From contig VJWM01000273.1 of assembly GCA_010909165.1 (NCBI GenBank), forward strand, positions 81,848 through 145,847: a stretch of DNA of 64,000 bases, written 5' to 3'. Below are positions 13,230 to 24,420 of this stretch, one piece after another. The notes under the pieces were generated by a model. The model saw nothing but the letters and a program-made list of their open reading frames with translations. It was not told the origin of the DNA and ran no database searches. The stretch's first letter is position 1. Each line of letters opens with the position of its first letter. Source of the DNA: Anthoceros angustus. Lineage: Eukaryota > Plantae > Anthocerotophyta. Both the position numbers and the translations under genes were made by a program.

Positions 13230-14194
13230 TGTGATATAAAGAAGAATCTAAGATCAACCGCTCAATTAGAGTTGGAGACAATGACTTTGGTCGAGGTTCA
13301 ACATCAAATCTCGATCTACCGATATTGAGGTATTTTAACAAATAATCCTGCCATTAATAGTTGCATGTATAATTATAATAAAAATATTTATTAATCTTTT
13401 TACAGGTGTCAGTAGAACAAGATGCTAAGGAAAAAAAGGAAAAATAGAAGTAATGGATTTATAAAATCGACAAACAAATTATCTCTCATCAGTTGGTTAA
13501 AGTCATAATTTGGCTATTTGCATTTGATTTTAGCAACTTAAACTAATTGCTGTATTTCCAAAGCGTAAAAGAGAAAATAGATGAGTTCAAGATAATGCAC
13601 CAACGTATGGCCCGTCGAGGAATTTGCTTGATTATGGAAAATGGATGAATAACTTCCAATATCCACAAGTATTCCAAGATTTCAAACATAATATGTTCCC
13701 ATTTGGGAACATAGTCTTAAAGATCCAGCAGCCAATCCTCAATGAAGATGGGTCTACACCAACACTACAACAAAGACATGGAGATACAAAGAAGTAAGAT
13801 TCTTGGATTAATTGGTTTGTGTGAAGTAATACTATTAATACCTTGTATTTTGGTAATGTAGAGATATCGGAAGCCATCGAAAATAAGGAGCTGAAAACTA
13901 CAGACTTGTTGTCCCTCATGGAAGATCCAGAAACAACAAAAAACATTCAAAAGGTCTGTTTATATTAAGATTTCCTGTATATAAAAATATCGAAATTCTG
14001 AAGTTGGTGTCTCTTTGCAGAACGTACAATCACATTTCCGCAATGTGGAAAATCTTCACAGCCATTGCTTAACATTAGTCAGAAAGGTATTTACCGAGCA
14101 AGATCTACTTCGACTTGAAATGAGGTAAAATATTAACCTTTTTACCTTTTTTGTAGCTATCAAAGAATCAAAAGGAGTTGTTTGCCGCTTTGAG
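13230..14194 (+). pseudogene. AT-rich multi-exon gene fragment, product unknown
   Basis: Short GT-AG introns at about 13794-13860, 13953-14020 and 14124-14156. Consecutive exons join in phase (EISEAIENKELKTTDLLSLMEDPETTKNIQK|NVQSHFRNVENLHSHCLTLVRKVFTEQDLLRLEM). Confidence 0.55.
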
Positions 14195-14634
14195 GTTAGT
14201 ATATAAGATTTTGAATAGTTATATTCAATTTGCACAATTTCTTACATTGTAATTGCCTGAAAATATTCGCTTGACGAGATACAAATGATAAACTTTCTAT
14301 CCTGCCGATAATGAGCAGAGGAAGAAACCTCAAGACCGTGCACATCCAAAATCACCGTGTACACCCTTCAACTCCGTAGAATATACCTAGGAAGTATGTC
14401 ATAAGTCCGTAGAAACTTTAAAAAGTACTGTAAACGGTGGAAAATAGCTCGAACACTTTAATGTGCGAAAGTCAAAACCCGATAGTTGTTTTACTTGAAA
14501 GAGAGAGAAAAGGAGTTGTGTCGGGTGCATAGGGCAACACTTAGTGCGTGACAGACGGCTATCGCTCTCAGCCGAGGCGCACACTCCTGTAGCTCCCGCC
14601 CTTACGCTGAAGACGGGCTTGGCGCAAAAGAAAT

Positions 14635-15653
14635 TGTGGGAGGGATCCCGGCTCCTTAGATGCACCTCTAGCGCCACACTTATCCCACCGCTGCTTAGAC
14701 GCTGGGTTTCGGCCCCATGAGACTTGTGGAACTACAATCTTGAGAAATCATACCACCAGTACACACACTCACCTTCTCTAAACAAGCAAGGCGCCTCTCA
14801 CGCTCCTCTACAGTACCGCATCGCTCAGAACTCACCAAACCTCAACCTACAACGACACCACACAATTGCAGGTCACGTCTTAACAGCAAGGTGTCTATCA
14901 CGGGCGCCCAGGGACCCCCTGACCCACACCGCAACTTCGTCCCTACTCCTAAGACACTCTTCTCCACACAGGGAGCGCCCTCTTACTTGCAGATTTGGGA
15001 TTCGTCCCTTAGGCTCTGCCTGTGGCCTTCCGTTTTTCCTACACTCTAATCCTCCTCACAACTCTCTCAATCAACAACGCCCTCTTCTTCTCTACTCATC
15101 TACCCTTCCTTCCTCCACAATCTCCTACTCTAACACCAATTGCTGGCTCATTAATTCCAACTCGCCCTTACGACAATCCTGGGTCCGTCCGGAAATTAAC
15201 GAGTTCTTCCTTGGGCTATGTGGTTTGTACCAGACGAGAACCTGTGGAGTCTTTCCGTAGTCTACCCTCAAGCCGAGAGTTCCTTGAGCATCGCCACACA
15301 CTCAAAGCAAAACAATTCACACAAAGAACCATTCACAAGGGGAGCTAGGGGCGCCTGCAAAGAGCAAGCCCTCCACCCACTCCGACCGCGCGTTCTCCTC
15401 TCTACCTGGCTTTTTGCAGAAATTCTGCACACAAAGTGAAGGACTGGAGGATGGGAGCGCAAGACACGATAATTTTACTTCACAAGCTCCCTCCTTTTAT
15501 AGGGAGGTCCTCATACAGCCTCGGCGCGCCTCCGGCACTCACTCCTTATTTTAGTGTATCCTATTGCGACTTTTTAAGTTCGACATCCAAGCATCTTGGG
15601 TAAAATTCTATTCTAGCAAATTCACCTATGTGAGCCTTAATGGCTCCTCAACA
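14635..15653 (-). repeat. LTR of subfamily A (copy A1)
   Basis: Runs TGTTGA...CCTCCCACA on the minus strand with a CCTATAAAAGG TATA box. It is the reverse-complement counterpart of 54590-55577. Confidence 0.85.
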
Positions 15654-17399
15654 TTCCTATCTAGCTAGTCAACACACTTCATGACAAGCATTAATGCTGT
15701 CCTCCTCTAAAGAAAAGTCTTCCAAGTGGCATCTTGTCCCATGTCTTCAAGCTAATTTAAGGACTTCTTATGAATCCCTTCCTTATCTTGATGCCTATCT
15801 TGAGTTCCTTCCTCCAATAAAATAGCCCGGCTCTCTTAGCCACCGGCTCATCCTCGCCTCCTCTTCCTCTCACTTGTGGAGCAAGTGAGCCTTGCTCCCC
15901 TGCACCCATGTTAGGAGGTTGGTCTTCTCCTTGTGATTCTTGCTCCATTCTGCAAGATCAACCCCTCTTCCTTCTTTTCCCGCAAGGGCCAAGGTACGCC
16001 TCCCTCACAAATCCATGCTAGCAGCCTTTGAATCCGCTTCTTCCGGCCCTCCTACCATGGTAGGACCTTCTCCTACGGTAGGAGTCCCTCACCAGGGAAC
16101 TCCTCCTACCACGGTAGGAGTTCCTACCGGGTTTTCTTCTTCCTTACCCCTTCCGGGTGATTCTCTCCACTGCAGCTTCCGCTTCACTTGCTTCTCCACA
16201 GTGCGAAGTTTCTTCACCGTTGCTTGGGACACTCTCCAAGTCTAAGGCTTCCGGTTGGACTTGCATGAGGGCCTCCCTATCATCGTCATGAGGTCCCAAC
16301 ATCCTCCTCTCAGAAGTCGCAACAACTCGTTAGTGGCCTTGAGCACCTTGTTGTGAAGATGGGCTGCAAATCGTTGTTGTGCCATCTCCAATTCGTAATC
16401 CTCAAGCCATACTCCATGCTCACACTTGCTTTTGTAAGCATCTCGCTCAAGGCCAGCTCACCGCCTTGACATGGAGAGCCACATTCTCCTCTCATTCTGC
16501 AGTTGGCGGATCAATCTCTCAGGGCATAATCACCAAATCTTCCCTCACCGCCAACATATGCCGCACCACCGCCTCATGACCTTTCTCCTTTGCCATTTCT
16601 TCCTCCAACTCCCCTATCCTCCTAGGGAGTTGTGCATTCTCCGTTTTGGACTGCTTCCATTTCCAATCTTTGGACAAAATGTGTCCGTTCTTCCAGCTCT
16701 TCTTCCTTCAATTCCAGCCTCATGGATTTCTCCCAGCTCCTTTTCCATGTCACTAATCTTCACACTGTGGCTATGACCCGCTCATGTGCGCCTACTTGCC
16801 TTTGTCCCCTCATTTGCTGCAGAGATTGCTCGTCTTGACCTTCCTCCATTAGCAGCACTTGCTTGTCTTCCGCCTTCTTTTCCCATGTGCGCACCATGTG
16901 AGCAAGTTGCTCCACCTTCTCCTCTCGAGCTGCCAATTGCTTGGTAAGAGCCTTGTTCTCTCGAATATGATTGTTTGTTGAAGGGGGTGAATATCCAACC
17001 CTCCTCGTTGAACGAAACCTCCTTCACTAATAACACATGGTTCCCAAAACCGTGTTTTTGATTTGGTGTCCCATACCATGGACAATGATTCCTACTGAAT
17101 GCTTTGTGAAACAACAAAACCGAGGAAGGGTCAAGGGCGCTGGCGGCCGCCTTAGTGGTCAAAAGTAGTTTGTTTTGTGCGATGATCCATTTCCACATTG
17201 ACAAAAGGCCTAGTAATAACACAACAAAACTAGGTATGGGTACGTCGTCTGCAAGCGGTTGGAGACCATCCGCTTTTAGGTTCCGCCAAAATTGACCACT
17301 AACGGACAATAGTTCACAACTACAAACGCCTACACGCGCTAACTGACTCAACCGGTGCTTGCTGACACCGAATCATAAACCAAGTTCAGATCCGCTCAA

Positions 17400-18420
17400 G
17401 TTCTTCCTCATCGAAAGTGTCGACTTCAACCAAAGCCCTCGAGTCCTCGTTCCCATCCGTGTCTTCATCATTACCATCGCCCCGATCGCCAAACGTTCTC
17501 GAGTGTTTGTTGGCCAGCCTCCAACAAATCGCCCGCTCTTATTCCGACGGCACTCAAAGAAACCACTTGTGCTTTCAAGGAGTCCTTCTCACGATGCAAA
17601 CCTCCTTTGCCTGTAATCGTGCAAGTCCTCTCCTGGGCTTCAAAATTCAACTCCTCAAGCGCATCCGGAGCACCTCAAATCCATGAATTCTTTGTGAAAT
17701 ATAACTCGCACATCTCAAGTCACCTCGATGGCGATACAACTCCTTCCCCGCAAGTAACGCAATAGTTGTGCCGCTCCGAGCATGCATCCAACCCAATCTC
17801 CTCTTTGGAGAAGGTTGTAATAAGTCTCGTCATCAACCCTAGTGGTCTCGGGCGGACCACCAACTTGTCATGTGACATGTAAACTGTTTTTGACAATCGT
17901 GGTGAGCAATGAGACCTTCCATTGTTGAATGTTCCATGCATAGCATTTGGTAGCATTGCATCCCCTTTGTGCTCCCATCCTTGGACCCCATCCGATAGTT
18001 ATGTATTCCAGTCTCAAATCCACCCTCATTGTTCATGTTTGTCTTGTCCCATACGAACGACACCAAGCCCCTTTCTGCTCCACTTTCGCATTGATTCTCG
18101 TATGTGCCTCCACTCCATGCATCACAATCATCCTCAGTTCATCGCTAGTGGTCTTCTCAAAAGCTTTGGAAGAGAATCCATCATTGCTTATCCACCCTCT
18201 TGTCCATAGGTCCAATGTTAAAACCTCGGGGCACATCCATGACGAGAAGTGTGTATTGCCTTGCCCTGAGAAAACCACGCATATCTTGTACATCACGACT
18301 TTCGATTTGGTATTGTACGGCTCTCTGATTGATGTGAAAACCTCAAGACCTTCCTCCGGTCCTTGTCCGCTAATGCACGTCTTCAAGCCCTTTCCAATTG
18401 TTTATCTCGAAAATAAAATG
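17400..18420 (-). pseudogene. Possible MuDR/Mutator-like transposase remnant (DNA-binding region)
   Basis: Fragments REPYNTKSKVVMYKICV...SSWMC and CYQMLCMEHST...HHDC resemble the MuDR WRKY/GCM1-like pattern. No DDE core was identified. Confidence 0.3.
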
Positions 18421-18619
18421 GAAGTCACTGAGTTTTGTGACGATGTCTTTCAATTGCTGAAAACGTACGTTAGTCATTAGGGAGAGGCGCCCGGCCGCCC
18501 TCATTTTCGCGTTGGATTGAAGGCGCTGGCGGCCCTACAAACCCATATATCTGAGTGAGGCGCGAATGATCAAACATATGGGGACGGGCGAGGGCGCCGG
18601 CCGCCCGCATCACCCCCAT

Positions 18620-19640
18620 CCCTGTTCAATATGACGAAACGATGCGGACATACCTTTCCGGAGAAGGTGTTGGAATCGAGCTAGCATATTGTCCGTAGAG
18701 AATGTAAAGGATACTCCTCGCACCTCTTCAAATGACGAGAGATGCTTCACCATTGCTACTTGTATGATATGAAATTTTTTCCAGCATGTGATCTCTTCCT
18801 CCATCCCCTTCGGATCTATCCCTTAACACCTTCTGGCGCTTATCGATTTTGGCCACACTCTCAACCGGTATTCCACGAAAAGATTTCGGCTTGGCCAACA
18901 TGTCTCTAGGCTTGACACACTATCAACTGCCGGTCATCCGCCAGCTTGCGCTTCCTTTCTTGCTTGTCCTCAGAACGTGTTTCTTCCGCTCGAAGCTCTC
19001 GCCTTCCCATTTGGAAAAATCTTGTCCACATTCTCCCACACCTTCCCATCCCGCTTAGCAATACAGAATGTGGGTCCGATTGTCCACTTTGTTCGCTTGT
19101 ACACGCCCTCCCGCCCTTCATCGCCTTCAATCAAACCTAGGACTTTGTACACAGTATTTCCGTGACATGGTCATTTGCACTTCTTCCCTCTTTGCGATGA
19201 TCAACTCGTCCCTTAAATACGACTTGCTCTATAAAGTTCATCTTCTTTCTTCGGACATCATATTGTGATCTGCAAGCACCCGCATCTCATGCAAGAAGCC
19301 CACAATACACATGTGCTTCAACATATTGGAACCGCTTCTTTCCGGGTGAGATATCGATAAGTGCTTCATAGCTGCGTAGGTGTGGTTACCACCAAGAACT
19401 CCCATGACATACTTCTTTGCACGCCATTTCCTTGCTCGATCGACACTCGCTCGGATCAATCATACACAAAAGAACTCCTCCTCTATCCGCCTTTCGCTAT
19501 AACACGGGCAAGATAGTTTGCCCAAGCCTCATCAACCCTCCGGATCTGCTGAGTAACATGCGCCGCCACCTCAAGTTCTCCAACTTCACTAACCTTTTCT
19601 GCACCACCTTCGGTATGCGAATCCCTTAAGCGAGTCAATG
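18620..19640 (-). pseudogene. ParB/Sulfiredoxin-like domain ORF, frameshifted
   Basis: RRVDEAWANYLARVI followed by KYVMGVLGGNHTYAAMKHL and RVLADHN, which fits the ParB-N G-(G/D)-N-H-(R/T) motif layout. Confidence 0.45.
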
Positions 19641-22600
19641 GATCGCATCCCTCATAGCCTCTTCCAACCTTTCCTCGTCGGTTTGAATATGAACGTGGTT
19701 ATGTCCCCTCCCATGGCATCTTCTCTTCCACCCTTCTTTGCCTTTTGGTTTTCCTTCCCACCTCCGTCCCCTGTGTGCGCCGCACTTCCCTTGCGCCGCC
19801 ACTCGAGGTCACACCGTTCGGGCATGAAGGTTGAGGAGCGCCGCCGGCGCCTCCTCTTCGCCCATACCCACATCCCCGCATCCGCCATGTCCTTTTCTCC
19901 AGGGGACGAACCGCTCGACCCGACGCCGCTCTTGCCTGGTGGTGGGAGGATCAGCCGGGCCGGCCGGCCCCAAACCACCGCACCTTTTGAATCTTATAAA
20001 CCCCCGGATCCGCGTTGGCGCTCTTGGGAACTGAAGATGACTAGGGCGCCGGCAGCGCCCCGCGCATCCGGGTCATATTGCATGGTGGGAACCATAAGGA
20101 GTCGAGTTAGAAGATTGGGAAGGTCCTCAAGATCTGTCTGATCGTGCCTGATCCTTCATGTCAATGCGCTTGACCAACTGGTAAAGCCCCATCTTCCTCG
20201 TCTGATGGGCCAAGCTCACTCTCCTCATGATCTTCTTCCATACCTTCCACCACATCACCATTCTCTGTATGGAGGCTTGGGCTCGACGCATAGACATTTC
20301 CCTCTTGTGGGCCCTCATAGTTTGTGTAATCTTTTCGCAGATAGCTCGTATGAGTGCCCTCGCAACTAGTGGTGCCTGGAAGATGGTAGGAAAAACATAT
20401 CCACAATGTCGACTCTCACATGTGAAGAAATGCGAAGGAATGCGATTCCGGGCAATACTGCCTCCCGCATGGAATCGCGGAAATCTTCAACAAGGCCACG
20501 AGGTGCACACTTCTTCCAGTGAAACCCTTTCGGCTAAGAACAAGAGACTTGTATAAACGCGGATCTGGGAAACTTCCTCATCTTGGTATGCCTTTGTGGT
20601 GCACAAAAAGTGAACTCGCTCCCTTCATTGAAGTCCAAAGTAGCCCAAACAACCCACCGCTCTTGCTCTCTCGATTTGGCGAGCCCCCTATATCCCATGA
20701 TCCACAACTTCAACAAAGGGGTCCATGGCGCAAGAGGTGGATCCCACAAGCATCCTCCTTCTCCACAACCACAACATTGTCGAGCCTGAGACACGCTGAT
20801 ATGGACAGCCTCATAGGTGGGATGGAATCGGATGAATAGGTTGCCGCTCTTACCAACCTTCGTCCCTTGCTCTCCGAACCAGTGGAACTGATTTTGGCGG
20901 AGGATGCGCCGCTGCGATTTTGCTCAGAAGAATGCTGCCCCTCCGTTGGAGCATGGGATGGCAAGATGTCTCCGGCGACTGGATGGAGGTGCCTCCGATG
21001 TCCGCGTGGGCGGTGCGCTCCCTCGCCTTTGAGCCTCCTCGGCCTTCTCACGCATGGCGGGGGTCATATTCCTCAAAGGCTGGTCCTTCTTGCTCCCGCC
21101 GCTTGCCATCTTCATCTCTAATTCAAGGCAACCCCACTCCGTAATCACAAAGAGATGCACAACAGTGACCGCTAACTCACTGCTCAAGATCGCCCGCCTC
21201 AAGAGCTTACCGCGGCTTGCTCTCGAAAGTTGCGCCCAACCCGAGCTTGGCTTCTAGGGCGGGCGAGCGCGGCGCCTCACTCCCAAAGATGCGATACGCG
21301 GTGGTGCGCTCGAGAAGCGCACACTGAGGTGTGCGCCGAAATCGACATGAACTACTGTCCTGGCCTTGCAACGAGCTTAAGTTCAAAAGAGGAGGCCTTA
21401 ACGAGAAGGCGTGTAAAAGTAGGGTTTTCTTCCATAACCCCAAATGGTTTTCATAAGTGTTTCTCAAAATAACCCTACCTTAAACTCAATTTTGACGAGC
21501 TTACTATTTTAGACCCGCCCGCCATCAACTTTTCGCCAGTGGCTGCAATTATGCTTGGATTTTCCACATATCGTGCATCACCAACCACTTCATTGTCCGC
21601 ACTTATTTCGAGGCAATCCCATCAACCTCTTAGGCGGTGGCACTGGGATGCGAGGGCCCCCGACGCCATAGCAAAGCCGGAGGGAGGCTTCGATATCCGC
21701 TAGCCACTACCGGTGCTCGCAAAGTCTTGTGCTTTCCTTCCTTGCGCATTGATGCGGATGTTGCATTTGACGACACGCAGGAGATGAGGTTGGTCTTGTT
21801 TCGCCATTGTCTTTTCCCCGCATACCATTCATGATACAAGATGCAACTTGTAACCATGCCTGCGGGGCGCAGGAGGTTCAAGTGGAGGACCCGGGCCTCG
21901 CAATTCCAAAGAAATGGAGACATGGTCCGCAGAGGAAGAGGCTCGCTATCTTGAACGCCTCCAAGTTCACATATTCGGTGCAATACCCACGGAGTCCTCC
22001 ACATGAAGGTTTGTTGTGGTTACCAGCTTTTCCCACTTTTGGAAGAGGCTAGCTTGTTAAGTCCGTGTTCGCACCGCCCATGTAGGCTCTAACGAGGCGT
22101 CGACACTTGGCGCCAAAACATGCCGCGGGTGCCTCACCCCGCTGGAATTTGCATCTACCAGCCCATTGAGGGAGCCCATCTACACGCCTCCCGGATCCAA
22201 TTCGAGTCCTCATCCCTCAACTGCGTGTGGATGGACCACCTGTTGCACGCAGGGGATTGTTTGATGGTGGTCACGGTAGAAGACCTCCCCGGCGTGAGCA
22301 CGAACCCTCCGAGGATGAAGATGAACGACCACTTGACACCGCACCGCGCGGCTGCTTCCATCCCAAGCCGCTGGGTGAGACTTTGACAGCGTCAAGCGAG
22401 CAAAGCATTGCACCTCAACGGAGACGCGCTGGTGTCACATTGAAGAAAAGTGAAGGAGAGGTAGTGACGGCGGATTGAAAACCATGTTGCAATCAAATGT
22501 GCTTGGTGACAAAAGAAAAGTTTTGGAGCAGAGTACCGATTCCTAAGGATGGGCAGCAAGAGACATTTCTAGAGTCCTTGGTTCAAGAGAGAGGGGATGT

Positions 22601-22769
22601 GAAAGTATGCACACATTTTGGGGTCCATTCAAGGCTTGAAGGCATTTAGAAGAGTATATTGCATAGGCACTGATATGAGGAATCAAGAGCGAATCATTTA
22701 ATGCCCGTGGATGGTTTCGTGCCTAACCCCAAACCACGCCTTCTTATGCTTGGGAGCGATATCCTCGGA

Positions 22770-24420
22770 TGGATAAGACATTTCTAATGATCGAGGCAGA
22801 ACGTGGAGGTCTTCAACCTTCCGACATACACAAGGTTGGAAATATGGAGTATGTACGCGAATGCGAAACCTCCGGGATCCTCTATGTGAAATATCCATGG
22901 TTCTTGAAGTTATGGAAAAGCAACTTCCCAAGAGTGAAAATACCAAAATCCAAGGTTTTCCACGTCACTCTGCGCAGTCTGAAGAGCATTAGGAACAACC
23001 ACAACCGATCAAGGTAATTGTTACCACTTTCGGCAGTTGACATGCATGGAACTTATGGAAATGGTTTTCTTGAGTGGGGAATGGTTGTTTTGAACTCGAG
23101 GCTTTATGGGCAAGATCCCTATAACCGGGTCACTGATCTTTGTATGATGGGATGGTGCGCCACCACCGTCAGTCCCACATATGCAAAACCCTTGGGATGA
23201 AACCCCGAGAGGCCCTGTACATGTGGTGGGACGCCGCCGGCCCTGGAGGAACCCTCGGTTGAAGAGCCCCTCGGAGACGCGCCGGCCGGCGCCCACCTGT
23301 GTGCTTTAACGGCACCATAGGTTCCTCCGAGGGATACCAACTGCCAACGCCCACATGGCGAAGACCATAGGGTCACCCTACAATTTATACATGTGGTGGC
23401 ACGCCTCCATAACCAAAAGCATGGATTGTGGTTGCTCAGTACGCCACCCACAATTGATCGAAATGCGCTAGGACGGAACATGAAGGTTCTTCCTCCGTTG
23501 ATTTGGGGCGGACGCCGCCTGTGTAATCGTCCAAAGATAGGAGGGTCCTTCATATCTAATCGGATGTCTCTTCAAATGTACCGACGAGTGTGTATGTCAA
23601 AAGAAAAATATCAAGCGGCTTTAGATGCCCATCGTTTGCGGTTACATCGAGCGGTGAAGATGGCGAAACATGAGCAAGAGTTATGTAGAACCACATATGT
23701 ACCTTCTACTTTCAATCGATGGAATGGACCAAAAGAAGACGGAGATTCCCATCTACTTGATGGCCAAAGAACTTGGATGAGGAGTGATTCGTGTTCATGT
23801 GGTTGGGTGCATGATCCACAATTACACGTTTAAGGCAAGAGCTTACTTGCATTATGCGAACTTGAATGATGCCAATCACGATTACCATCATCCGATGTTA
23901 TTCATAACTACGAAGGAGTATTGCCGAAAGTGTTATATTTGCAATTGGACAACACTGCAGAGAACAAGAATCAAGCTTTGCATATCTCAACATGCTCGTG
24001 GACATGGGGACGTTTGAAAAGGTGAAAGTGGGGTTTTGTTGGTGGGGCATACGCATGATCAAATCGACCAAATGTTTTCATGCTTTTCAAAAGCTTAAAA
24101 CACAAGGAAGCTCACACTCTGACCGCTGTGAGATTTTGATTAGTGCGTACACTCCACCGGAGGTGAAGATATTGATCAAGTTCGGACTTCCTCATATGTT
24201 TGGCCCATAAGGCAAGGGAAGGTGGACACGCATACAAGGCGCATCAAAAAATTAAACAACCTCTCTTTCCGACCAATTCAAAATTACGAGAGAAGCCAAA
24301 GGTGACCGTGGGTTTGTATCGCATCGAGGCAAGATTCCACATCACCTATTGGGAGACAGAGGCCGGGTTGAGTTTTTGACATTCGTCGTTGGACAATAAC
24401 AGCTAACCGCCTCCGGTCAA
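22770..24420 (+). pseudogene. Sola-type (DUF7869-like) DDD transposase, frameshifted
   Basis: Motifs in the expected order: FLKLWKSNFPRVKIPK, SIDGMDQKKTEIP (~23712), QLDNTA-ENKNQAL (~23942), VGHTHDQIDQMFS (~24040). Confidence 0.8.
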
